DNA of 64,000 bases from Tubulanus polymorphus (taxonomy: Eukaryota > Animalia > Nemertea). The stretch is from assembly GCF_964204645.1 (NCBI RefSeq), contig NC_134031.1, forward strand, positions 17,037,807 to 17,101,806, in the 5' to 3' direction. Both the position numbers and the translations under genes were made by a program. The stretch's first letter is position 1. Each line of letters begins with the position of its first letter. Positions 43,008 to 55,923 of this stretch are shown in pieces. The notes beneath the pieces were generated by a model that ran no database searches, had not been told where the DNA came from, and saw nothing but the letters and a program-made list of their open reading frames with translations.

Positions 43008-46000
43008 TCATGGACGGTCTTGTGGATTGAGCTTTCGATTCCGACAGTTCGAAAACCATTTCGTGACGTTACCTTCGTTTCTTTGCGGCCCAATATTCGC
43101 CATCATCGTCGAGAGAAATGTCAACGAAAAAAGCAACGAGCAGCCGATAGTGCAAAACATGAACGAACCGAATTGCACGAGAAATTGCATCTCGGCGAAA
43201 AGCATGAATAACGACGCGCCGAGCGTGGTGACTGCCCCGGCTGTTACTGGTAAACCAACCTCATCGAACATAAAGTAGGTCCTTGCCTTGCGGTCATCGT
43301 AAGGCGCGTACGCGTATCCCTCCGCCAGGTGAACGGTATAATCGACAGACAGTCCAATTACGAGGCACAAATTCAAAGAAACCATTGTCTAAAAAGCGAT
43401 TTTTTACAGGAATATCTATTACTATTCTAAACGACGACCGAAATGAATTGACTTCAGGTGATTTATAAGGCCAATGATGGACCATAATTCATAATTACAG
43501 GATCGAAAGACAAGTCTCATCTAGATTGTTTTCGTGATTATCTCATATTTTCGAGGAATTTGTATGACCGTATATAATGGCGAGAATAAAAATGGCAATA
43601 TACGAACCCCTAATTTCCAACCAGCTACAGGGATCATGCCGACTACACACGTTGTGCTCAGCAAGATGGTAAACGTCGCCATTAGTCCGATGATTATATT
43701 CTTAGTTCCCATAATGAGCACGGGGCAGGCCAAAGCGATGCCGAGACACAATCCGTAAATAGCTTGATAGACCATCGACTGAAATCAAGTCGCGCGGAAT
43801 GTTTAAATGAAAACATGCATTATCAACAGATGCCATTTTGTGTCGCTTTTCAAACGGTATCATTTTGTTCATTTACCTTCCCCATCTTCAGATGCAGATA
43901 TATATTTCGGCCATTCACAACGAAAAATGCGTTATTGAGACCAGACGGCATGTTTGCATTCTAGAAATAGAAGTGATGTAATTTTTTACGAGCGTTTCAA
44001 ATTCTGTCACATTGACGGATAGTACCTCATAGAAACGACTGTGTAAATAACGGGGACGCTTTTGAGTTGTCTGCATTTTAAAGATATACTTCGTACATGA
44101 CGTTGAATGAATACAAACCATATCATTGACGAAGGATTCCCATCGTTGAAAGTATTGAAGACCATCAGTATACCTCACAATACGTCTATCCAACGTCGTA
44201 TTTACAACTATCGCCGCGTACTTCAGACGAGTGCCATAGAATTGGCCTGTTTTTAACGGATAAAGATATCGATTTAAAAAAAAAACGACTTATATGATCA
44301 ACGGGAATTCATATTCTATTCTATTGTGGGACTTGGCAAACTTGTAAATTGTAGTAAAGTTGTTTTTACCGTTAACTAGACTGACGGGTAATGAGTATGA
44401 AAACTTTTCTTCCCCCAGGATGCCGGCATAAGTGAACCAATCGGTCGTTCTAGTCATCGTGTATCCATTCGTGATCCAGTATCCCAACGCTATCTGTCCT
44501 CAATTAGAACATTACTCATCTCAATAAGGGAATTCCCCAAAACCCAGACATCAATTCGTCTGTAATGTGTCACGGCCAACAATTATTTACAAATATATAC
44601 AGTTCCGGACATACCTCCAACCAATTCGTGTAATTTGAATCAAGTGGATCCGTATATATTTGTGGGTTATTGTCGATCAAAACTTTCATATTATCTTTCG
44701 TCATCGGGAAATCGGGGTTCCAGTCTGGTGGGTATTTCGGAAACGGTTGCAAAGCATTAATTGTCGCGTTGTTGTTGACTGCCTCCGCCGCTGACAAATA
44801 GGGGATGAATTCTTCGTAGCCATAATTGCGCAACATCTCAGGGGTAACCTGTCCGCTTTGTAACAGGGCTGCAATAGCTGGATCCAGATCGGGTGGTAGG
44901 GTCGGTGTGGCCGGTTGCGTCACCGGAACAGATTTGTACTCCGCTTTTTGTCTCTCTTTCTAAAGATGAAAAATCATTCGGACTTTAAGAGAAATCGAAA
45001 ACGTAGCCACCATGGCGGGGTATCTTGCGAATTTCTTACCTGCATAAAATCTTTTATGGCGTACATAAAACATTGCACTTCGGGTTTACCAGTTTGCGAA
45101 TCAATTCTTATCATAAGATCGGTAATTCTTTTCCGCGTCATATTCATCAGATTATTGCATAACTCCTGAGGAATAAACACCCAACTATGATTAGCGAATA
45201 TCATTCCAACCTGATGATCAGTGACGTTATCGGGGTAAGAAAAAAGTAATCACCGAAGTCAAGGTGATAAGGATCTTATCGTTGGATATTGACTTATCTT
45301 TAATAACTTACCAACATTGCCATTTGGTTAACTCCGGACGAAATGCTAAATTCGTCGTCGCTCACGTATTCACCCTTGCAATGTTTGAAATCGTCGATGT
45401 TCCGAAAGTCACACGTGGACATGTCACGCGGTTTTAAACCCCAGACGAGATTTATTTGTACGTTACTGTCGAAGTTATTGGGACGGAAGCCGTTGATTCT
45501 CAGCCGATTGGCAATTGCATAGTTATTGTCTTTGCGAAATATTTCAATCTGAAAACGGAGATGAGAGGTATGACTTCACGTTGCGAAGATGAAAGAAAGG
45601 TTTTACCCCTACCCCCCCCCTCCTCCATAGAAACTTACGTGCTGCGAGTCTACCTCTATCGTGGTACATTGATAAACGGCTATGCAGACCAACGTTACAA
45701 AAAATCCCATCACTAGATAACGGCTGAATGTATTTGTAATGAACCGAAGAAATGGCCCTCGGAGAAATCGTGTCCAACAGTTCCCTTGTTTAAGCAGGCA
45801 ACTATTCGAGCATCGCTTGGTGACGCTGGTGCCCGAAACACTATTACTTCGTTGAGACTTAGAAGACGAGTTTGAGTCGGTATCTGGATCCGATATGGTT
45901 GACGAATCGGGTGAAACTGCATGATTCGTGACAACACTTCGTCTATTCGGTCTAGTTTGCGGGGGGTATAATTCTTTTAATCCGATCGATATCGTTTTCG

Positions 46001-47814
46001 CGCTTGATTTTACTTTTGAGACGTCGGATTCGCTTCTACTCCTGTCAAGAATGTTGCCATCATTCAGAACAGCGTTGTTGCGGTGCATGATTTGCCCTTG
46101 AGAACATTGTCCGAACAAATCGCCAGGACTGACGTGTTCTATTTCAGGGGGTGGGGACGCGCCGGCGGTTGTAGGGCGACATTTTTCGAAATATATACAG
46201 TATATGAGCACAGCAATCGGAAACAAGGTTATAACCGTTAGATAATTTACGAGCACTAGTAACCCGGTAAAAAGGCCGAATGTTTGAACGATAAGCATCG
46301 GCGAGAAAGCGCTGACGAAAAACGCAACCATCGTAGTCAACGAGGTCGCGAACATCGAGCTGGCGGCGCGTTTGTACACATCACAAAATCGGTGAGCTAG
46401 CGAAGGGTAAATTTGAAGAGCAGACGACCGCCAGGTGTCGTAGTATATGAAAACGTCGTCTGCGCCGATACCTAGAATTATGAACATCGAAAGCACGTGG
46501 AACAGTCCGAAATACGAGAACTGGAAAACGACTCTATAGATTACGTTCGTTATAACGAATGACGACAGAATACCAAATATTGACACGGCCGAAAGCCATA
46601 GAGATCGTGTGTGGATGATTATGAAAACTAATATGAACGCAAAACTGCCGGCTACAAATTTCAAATCGTTCATAGCCGCTGTGTGGATATCCTTCTGCAT
46701 AAGTTCATACGAATAATAGTTGAAGGTTAAGAATGTATCGCTGTTGTGACAGCGTTGGATTTCTAGTAAGATGGGTTCTATATTTTCTATGAGATATTTC
46801 TCGAATCTAGCTGTGGCGTCTGTCGTATTCGTCAGAGGCCAACCGATCGGAATGATCGTTCGCGTATACTTGGATAAAGCGAACGCCTTGTTGATCAAAG
46901 CGTCTCTGGCTAGAAATACTTGTAACAATTCCGAGGTTTCTGGAGATCTGTCGGCGTAGAATAAAACATTCGCTATATCGTCGAAATTCGGATCGTTCAG
47001 CGCAGAGTTCGCCGAGGCGTAGGTACCGTCGAAATACCGTAGGATAGACAACGGTTTCGTGCAATTTAGATTTTCATCCAAGAGACAAAATTTGCTTTGA
47101 TATTCGCTTATGTTCGTCAGCGAATGTTCGATTCGTTGCATGGTCTGCAGGTTTCGTTTCGTAAAAACGTCCCCGTCGCGCGCCCGGTAGTATAGTTCGA
47201 TTGTATATCTCGGATAGTATCGATCGCGGAGTTTCGTGAGAACGTATCGAGGTATTGTCGTGCCGTCGGAGTTGCGTTCCCGCCACGCGCGCATCCGTGT
47301 GCTGGCTATGTCCTCGTTCCATATCATCGGAATCTTGTTGAAGTCGACGGGCAGGATCGAGTACCCGGTGACATAGAGCCCGACCGTCACGCCGATGAAA
47401 GCCAGGTGGATACACGTGCAAACGGCTGATTGAGAAAATAGCATTTTGAAATAAACCAAAAAAAACATTATCCATAATGTATTGCGATATTGAGATCAGA
47501 TTAATTTTCAGAAAAACCGTTCACTTCTACAGGCCTTAATCGCGGAAAGTAGAACATTTTATGATCGAGCGCGATTGACAATCTGTGCCAATCTATGACC
47601 ATGAAAATGTACACAGATTTAATGTTTTATGCTTACCAAAACTAGGCCATGGCCATTGTGCGACAATTCTGAACACTTTCCAGGGCGAAAGGTTGATACG
47701 ATCATTTGTTCCGTTTGAAGCGTCAACAGTTTGTCTAAATTGATGATATTGCCGTTGCGGTTTTTGGTCATTAGGGGAACTAGACCCTTCGTCGTTTTTA
47801 TCGTTGGGCTCCAT
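43008..47814 (-). CDS. Dispatched-family (DISP/DISP3-like) sterol-sensing-domain RND membrane protein, ~1186 aa; exons 47814-47637, 47425-45639, 45548-45312, 45165-45040, 44959-44615, 44493-44370, 44246-44119, 43960-43877, 43778-43608, 43388-43008
   Basis: SSD motif FIILGIGADDVFIYYDTW, TSLTTMVAF, second-half IGLSVDYTVHLAEGY and GAVTTLGASLFM. 12-TM layout; exons sum to 3561 nt. Confidence 0.88.
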
Positions 47815-48219
47815 TTCATTGTTTCATCGACCAAATGCAAAGAAATAAGTAAGACATTTGACGGCAAACAAAAGATTATTGAACCTTCAAACGCCAACAC
47901 ATCTTCAACACGTTGTTGAGAGAGCGCAAATCTACGAAATAAAACCGACATACCTGTCCCTCCGAACTATTACCTCCCTCGACGTAAATTTGTCTACTTC
48001 TCCAAATCGAATTGCACCTTTACTTTGAGAGCTTTTTCAGTCTGAATAGAGGTCCACACGCCAACTGTTATAACGACGATATTTTTCGCACCTCATTCCC
48101 TATTCATCGAACAAATTACACAACAGTAAAATGTTTTTGTTTTCCAATCTAGCGACCATTGTCTGTGGATTAGTTGTTTACACGTCCGCTCCACTGTGTC
48201 TGAATATAACTTCATGATT

Positions 48220-48560
48220 TGTATCATAAGGTTCAAGTAAGGTTCAAAATAAACGGGACAGATGGGAATTTATCAAACGAATTAGAATTGAATAGACAAT
48301 TAAAAAAACAGGTTTCCAAAGCGAGCCATATCTATCTATTGTTCCTCGACATACAAAGAAACTATAAACCTGTTCTAACGCGTCTCAGGTTGAATGCTCA
48401 CACTAATGATGGAAAGGGGAAGGTATTTGAACATCCCACAAGTTGACAGAAAGTGTTTTCTGTGTGATAAAGTAGAAACTGGAGTATATAGCATATTGTG
48501 ATGGTGCATCAATATTCAGTTCTGAATGGCCCCTTTATATGAGAAATTTACGATATTATT
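48220..48560 (+). mobile_element. Decayed LINE ORF2 C-terminal fragment (zinc-knuckle region)
   Basis: LTRLRLNAH, then a frameshift, then MERGRYLNIPQVDRKCFLCDKVE, resembling the LINE LxIExGRY...CxxC motif. Confidence 0.65.
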
Positions 48561-49204
48561 TCCTACTCGGCTAGCTAAAGACCTTGGTCGATTCTGCTGC
48601 TTCATGAGGGCTTTAACAAGCTGAAATCATAATCTCAACGATCCTCACTCTAGGCTATGCTGATCCGCGACCTAGGTCTATATGCAGCACCGCAATGTCA
48701 TCATTTGGTACCCAGTACCAAATGATGACTATCAATTGCGATGTAAATGTAACTAAGTTTTTGTACTGCCCGATTTGCCTGTTGACAAAACCAGCCTGTC
48801 CTATAATATTTATCACCTTTTCTGATAAAACCAAAAACCAGTTGTTCACATATTTCAGGATGAGACACTGACTCCTAGACATACTGCTAATCTATTCATA
48901 CTATCAGCGCAGCTTGCGACGAAGGTGTTATGAAAATAGATTTTTCAATAAAACCGCGTAATTCACTATAAATACGTGTTGAATCAATCAAACTTTGCAA
49001 TCTCTCAATAGGATTTTGATTCCAATCCAGGTCGATTCCTTAAAAACAAGCTCAAGTGTTATTGTAAATGTAGCTACTGTACACCGGTTCGACCGTGACA
49101 CAAACCGGAGCAGTTACAATCCGTTTTACTGATACATACAGCCTGCCTATCTACAAGATAAATCATTCAAATCTTTAAATGATTTTGATCAATATTTGTC
49201 GTAA

Positions 49205-52200
49205 TTCTGTTTTAATCTAAGACCTTATTTTCATGCAAATCTGCAGCAAGGCTTGTACTTCGTATCGGAAAATAAAAAACTGAACATTCAAGAACTGAAA
49301 CTAATGATTTTGATAAATAGCGAGGTTTTTATGAGAAGAAATTCATTGATTATAATGCAGAACTCTCCTCAGAATAATCCAAACCTCGATACCAACACGT
49401 AAATTCCTGACATGCGCAAAGCGCGAATCTGGAACATTATGACGTGTGTGGTCATTGTGTCCACTGGTTTGATCCGGTGCAAGAAAATGGCGGCCTCCAA
49501 AATACAACGCAACGCACAAAAACCGTACCATTTCCCAAACATTACCAGCCTCCCTTCACACCCCATAATTCAATATCTCAATATTCGGTGAGTGTTTATC
49601 ATATGGGTTAAAATGATGTAAATGTATTTCACCTCAGATATTACGGGTAACCAATATTTGACCATGGGCCTCACATCAATTTCATTCGGAAATGATTCTG
49701 CAAAATGTAAATTAGTTTTAGTGAATTCCGTGTAAATTCATTCGGTTTTTATTGTGTTTTGAAAGTATCGAATGTTCTGTTTTAATTTGTAGATATGTAA
49801 AACCATGTTACGTAGAATCGACATCAGAAACGGTGAAAACAGAGTAAGTTTATTTCATCTTTTAAATGTTTTCTTCATCAGTTTCAGAAACAGATTATAT
49901 TCATACTGTTTCTTCATTAGTTTCTCTTTTTATATTTCACGTTCAACTATGGAGGTGAAACCTAAACCTCAGATAGAAAAACCGCCTGAAGAAATCAACT
50001 ACACAGATTGAAGCGAACAGTTAATTTGTAAAGTTTGAATTTTAAATTTGATAATTCTGCAGTTATTTCTAAGGAAAGAAAACAATCTTGGATTTGTCTA
50101 TTTATAGGTATCACTTTACAATGGGAACTTGGATTCAGCACATCGGACTTGCTTGGATTCTGCACAGGACAACAAGAATCACTGTTTTACAATGGGACTT
50201 GCTTGGATTCTGCACAGGACAACAAGAACAACTGTTTTACAATTGGACTTGCATGGATTCTGCACAGGACTACAAGAATCACTGTTTTACAATCGGACTT
50301 GCTTGGACTTAGCACAGGACAACAAGAATCACTGTTTTACAATTGGACTTGCATGGATTCTGCACAGGACAACAAGAATCATTGTTTTACAATCAGACTA
50401 TCTTGGACTTAGCACAGGACAACAAGAATCACTTGCTTGGATTCTGCACAGGACATCAGGAATAACTAAATGGAAATTCAAGATAAGTTACATTTATATT
50501 TATTTATCAGTTGTTGATTTGATTCAAGGAACCAATTTTACAGTGTTATAAATCATGTTTTGAAATGATATCACAGTGACCTGTTGTATCTATATATTTG
50601 TTCGATGCATTATAATATCCCCCACTGATATTGGTGTATATTTGGTTAGGATTAGTTCATGTTGGGTTAGTTTTGATAAACCGGGCTTGTAGGTTTCCTA
50701 CTGCCATTAACTCAAATGTTATTTGTAATCAATATGAAACTGGTTCCTGATGTCGATAATACAACTGTTATATCAATCATGTTCTTTCGTGACAATCACA
50801 TTTGTATATTCAGAGTTAGAATTCCTGTAAATTAAACTGCTGTACTTCTGTTTCAATTTAAGACCTTATTATCACGCATAGCTGCAGCAAGGCTTATACT
50901 TCGTATCGGGAAATAAAAAACTGAACATTCAAGAACTGAAACTAATGATTTTGATAAATAGCTAGGTTTTTATGAGAAGAAATTCATTGATTATAATGCA
51001 GAACTCTCCTCAGAATAATCCAAACCTCGATCCCAACACGTAAATTCCTGACATGCGCAAAGCGCGAATCTGGAACATTATGACGTGTGTGGTCATTGTG
51101 TCCACTGGTTTGATCCGGTGCAAGAAAATGGCGGCCTCCAAAATACAACGCAACGCACAAAAACCGTACCATTTCCCAAACATTACAGCCTCCCTTCACA
51201 CCCCATAATTCAATATCTCAATATTCGGTGAGTGTTTATCACATGGGTTAAAATGATGCAAATGTATTTCACCTCAGATATTACGGGTAACCAATATTTG
51301 ACCATGGGCCTCACACCAATTTCATTCGGAAATGATTCTGCAAAATGTGAATTAGTTTTAGTGAATACCGTGTAAATTCATTCGGTTTTTATTGTGTTTT
51401 GAAAGTATCGAATGTTCTGTTTTAATTTGTAGATGTGTAAAACCATGTTATGTAGAATTGACATCAGAAACGGTGAAAACAGAGTAAGTTTATTTCATCT
51501 TTTAAATGTTTTCTTCATCAGTTTCAGAAACAGATTATATTCATATTGTTTCTTCATTAGTTTCTCTTTTTATATTTCACGTTCAACTATGGAGGCGAAA
51601 CCTAAACCTCAGATAGAAAAACCGCCTGAAGAAATCAACTACACAGATTGGAGCGAACAGTTAATTTGTAAGTTTGAATTTTAAATTTGATGATTCTGCA
51701 GTTATTTCTAAGGAAAGAAAACAATCTTGGATTTGTCTATTTATAGGTATCACTTTACAATGGGAACTTGTATTCAGCTCATCGGACTTGCTTGGATTCT
51801 GCACAGGACAACAAGATCACTGTTTTACAATCAGACTTGCTTGGATTTAGCACAGGACAACAAGCATCACTTGTTTGGATTCTGCACTGGACATCAGGAA
51901 TCGCTTAATGGAAATTCAAGATAAGTTAAATTTATATTTATTTATAAGTTGTTGATTTGATTCAAGGAACCAGTTTTATAGTGTTATAAATCGTGTTTTG
52001 AAATGATATCACAGTGACCTGTTGTATCTGTATATTTTTTTATTGCATTATAATTTCCCCCACTGATATCGGTGTATATTTGGTAAGGATTAGTTCATGT
52101 TGGGTTAGTTTTGTTAAACCGGGCTTGTAGGTTTCCTACTGCGATTAACTCAAATGTTATTTCTAATCAATATGAAACTGGTTCCTGATGTCAATAATAC

Positions 52201-52270
52201 AACTGCGATATCAATCAGGTTCCTTCGTGACAATCACATTTGTATCTTTAAAGTTAGAATTTCTGTAGAT
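49205..52270. repeat. Tandem duplication (offset 1641 bp; units ~49205-50845 and ~50846-52270)
   Basis: Near-identical units that differ mainly in the copy number of an internal minisatellite. Confidence 0.95.
50145..50455. repeat. 50-bp minisatellite (~6 copies; ~2 in the second unit at ~51784-51895)
   Basis: ggacttgcttggattctgcacaggacaacaagaatcactgttttacaat.. at 50145, 50195, 50245, 50295 and 50345. Confidence 0.95.
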
Positions 52271-53607
52271 ACTTATTTCTAAGAACTGCTGTACTTATTT
52301 CATACTGATTGAACAGTTACAGATACATGTAACATTGTGTACAGATCACTGCTTTACTTCATCCTGTGATTGAACAGTGATTTAATGTTCTCTCATCTTC
52401 ATTAGATTCCCATCCGTCTAACTAAAACATCAGAACATTTCAATTCATCTAACCGCGGGGTTCGGGGAGGGTGGGTAGGGTTGGGGGGAGGGATGGGGTG
52501 AGGGAGGGCGGGAGGGAAGGGGTCCGGGAGGGGGGAGGGAAGGGGTCAGGGAGGGGGGAGGGATGGAGTCTGGGAGGATGGGAGGGACAGTGTGAGGGAG
52601 GGTGGGGCTGTGGTAGGGCTGGGACTGGGAGGGATGGTAGTCTATAGGTAGTTATTTTTGATGTTCAACTACAGGACATTTCAGAAAATGTGTCTCATCT
52701 TAATATTGTATTCTAATAGATAAACAAATAGGATTAATCAGTATAAGACACCTTTACAGTCGATTACCAGTACCGGACTTTTCGATTCTTAGGGCCATTA
52801 TTCAACTTAGGGCCATTATTACACGTGGCACAGATAGGTATCACTATTTATAGATGAATATCCTTCCTAGTGTTTTCAAAAAGACATTTTATGAAATAAT
52901 AAACTGTATAATCTATCGGGGAAACAATGATGACACGGATTGGAGATTTATATCGTTCGATGACATTCATTTCTGAATAGGATTCTATTCTATTATCTAC
53001 AGTATATTTGTGGCTTATTCGTTTTCATACAGAATAAGACTGCGAACTAATTACACTTTAAACGTATTAAGAAGTCTTTCATCTTTACTCTATTGAATAT
53101 TCGTATTCAGAGTGATAAGTTGACACGCATAGAACAGATTTATTGACCAGATCTGTAGTTTTAGTTTTCACCCCAAGTGTTGTGTAAGAGCTAACGGTTT
53201 CATAAAAAGAATATCGTAGTTACGGATTAGGATTATATCTGTGTTTGAGGTTTTAGATTGTGAGTAACTCGTGAACCCCATTTTAAGGGAATAGAGTTTC
53301 TTTTTACATTTCACATATCTATTGACGGTAGAAATTGTAGATTTATTTCTCTTAGTTACAGTTATTTTATTTTGCCATTTTTCACGATCATATCAGTTTA
53401 TAAATGTTGCAGTTATCAGTGTTTCACATAGACTTTGATCAATGTGTCATTCGAGACTTTAATTATTAGTGATTTTGATGAACTCATTCACTGTATAATC
53501 ATTGACTTTATACACGTGATCAAACATGCAACGCTCAATATCATGTTATGTGTGCTGGTATATAATCTCTTTGGTGCCGAATCAAAAACTTTGAACTGTA
53601 TTCGCCG

Positions 53608-54056
53608 AACCAGAGCCATGGACCAAACTCTGTCTCTAGGGGTCTTCAGCCCACCCCTCGATTACCTTACGAAAACCAGGGCATTGGACCAAACCTTGAC
53701 TCTTTGGTCCTCAAACCAGAGCCATGGACCAAATTTTGAATCTAGGGGTCTTCAGCCCACCCCTCGATTACCTTACTAAACCGGAGCATTGGACCAAACC
53801 TTGACTCTTTGGTCCCCAAACCAGAGCCATGGACCAAATTTTGACTCTTTGATAACTAAACCAGGGCCATGGACCAAACTTTGTCTCTAGGGGTCTTCAG
53901 CCCACCCCTCGATTACCTTACTAAACCAGAGCATTGGACCAAACCTTGACTCTTTGGTCCCCAAACCAGAGCCATGGACCAAATTTTGACTCTTTGGTCA
54001 CCAACCCAGAGCTATGGACCAAATTTTGATTCTTCGGTCACTAAACCAGGGCCATG
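53608..54056. repeat. Higher-order minisatellite of ~40-bp and ~65-bp units
   Basis: aaaccagagccatggaccaaattttgactctttggtc alternates with tctaggggtcttcagcccacccctcgattaccttac. Confidence 0.9.
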
Positions 54057-55195
54057 AATGAAAAAATGTATTTCTGTTGTCTTCACGAATCTATTTTGAG
54101 AATGAAATGATTTACGTGTCGGACTTATGGCGGTGTGTAGACAATATCAGTGCTGCTGCTGCTGCTGCTTCTAATACTGGTTTTATAAAGAACTGTGAGG
54201 CTTCTTTCTTTAGTGTCACTGACTGCTGTGTTACACTTGATCCCAGTCGGAACTGATGAGTGTCGGCGAGAGGCCGATAAGAGGAAAATAAAAGCCATGC
54301 GAAAAGTAAAGTATGAAGCAAACGTGTGAGCATTTAGCCACAAAACTGAACAGCATAAAATGCTGATATAATGAGTGGGGTCCGAGAGCAATTCGAAGGT
54401 TTAGTGTCAGGCACGCCTAGATGGCGGGCAGGGGTCTATTCCTACCTCGACTCGAAAAAAAGAAAAAATATAAAGAAAAGAGAAGAACTCTATAAAGAGA
54501 AGAGTGGGGTCCGAGAGTAATTCGAAGGGTTAGTGTCCTGCTGGCTTAGCGAGCGGGCAGGGTTCTATTCCTACCTCAACTCAAAAACACAGAACACCGA
54601 GAAACGTTCGTAAAAGTTAAGAATAGAAAGTAAAAAATGGAAAAATGGCAAATGATGAATTAATGGCTGGTGTTTGATTTGTTCCACTGGGTTTAAGTGT
54701 AACTTGAAAAGACAATCAAACAGATTGTTAATTATCCATTAGACATCAGCAGTCTATGATTGATAAATCTGAATGAATAGAAAAACGTGCTGTATTATAA
54801 AACCTCTAGCAGACAGTATTGAAATGTCTATCAGCTGCCACTGGGCCACAATAGTTTCATAATGAGAGTGATTGGTTAAATTCGTGAAGCAACATAAATA
54901 GCCTCTAGATGATCTACATCAGTCATCACTGTTGTGCTTGATTTGTGTTCCGCACTCCTCACAACATTGTGAATTTTTTGGTGAACCCTTTACACCTCCC
55001 TCCCTTAAAGCATTGATGTTACGTTGAGTTCCTCAGGTTTGGTTTGAGCATATTGGAGATGAAACCTCTACAACTTAAACTCGCTCCATTTGATAATCTG
55101 TGACCGGACAACTGCTTCAACAAGCCGTTATTCACTTGAACAACATTATATATGTATAAGTAATTAATACAATGTAGTAAGAAAAGCAATAGTTT

Positions 55196-55283
55196 GAATG
55201 ACTCCACCTCTGAGAATGACTCCATCCTGAGAATGACTTCATCTCTGAGAATGGCTCCATCTCTGAGAATGAATCCATCTCTT
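55196..55283. repeat. ~18-bp tandem repeat, 5 copies
   Basis: Variants of gaatgactccatctctga. Confidence 0.85.
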
Positions 55284-55923
55284 GAGTCTCGTAAATGATG
55301 TCATTGATTAAGGATTTCGATTTGTTTGAGAAATTGATCGTGAAAAATGGCAAATTGTTTTCGAGTTATTGTAGAGTTGAGTGGTTGAGTGGTGTCAGAG
55401 AAAGAGACAAGAGTTGAGGAAGCTTTAAGGGGCATTGAGGGAGGCAAGGTGGGAAGGCATTGAGGGAGGGCCAGGTGGGAGGGCATTGAGGGAGGGAGGG
55501 CATTGAGGGAGGGTGGGGTGGGGTGCGGGAGGGAGGGAGGGGAGGGAAGGGGGAGGGAGGGAGGGGAGGGAAGGGGAGGGAGGGAAGGGGGAGGGAGGGG
55601 GAGGGAAGGGGTCCGGGAGGGCGGGAGGGATGGGGTCCGGGAGGGCGGGAGGGATGGGGTATGGGAGGGTCGGGTCGGGAGGTTAGATGAGTTGAAATGT
55701 TCTGATGTTTCAGTTAGACGGATGGGAATCTAATGAAGATGAGAGAACATTAAATTACTGTTCAATCACAGGATGAAGTAATGCAGTGATCTGTACACAA
55801 TGGTACATGTATCTGTAATTGTTCAATCAGTATGAAATAATTACAGCAGTTTAATTAATCTGAGTCTCTGTTAATGTTTTGAATTATTTTCGAACAAAAA
55901 ATAATGTTTTACACTCATTTCAG

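Larger units (their letters stand above)
52284..55851. repeat. 171-bp inverted repeats (52284-52454, 55681-55851) bounding 3.6 kb
   Basis: The reverse complement matches with a few substitutions. G-rich tracts lie just inside each arm. Confidence 0.9.

Noticed and set aside
50035-50551. Overlapping repetitive ORFs
   Set aside because: Produced by a 50-bp unit that is not a multiple of 3; not conserved in the duplicate.
54232-54310. Hammerhead-like CTGATGAG...GCGAAA
   Set aside because: Stem II is weak, stem I has a mismatch next to the core, and the cleavage position would be G. Not a convincing ribozyme.
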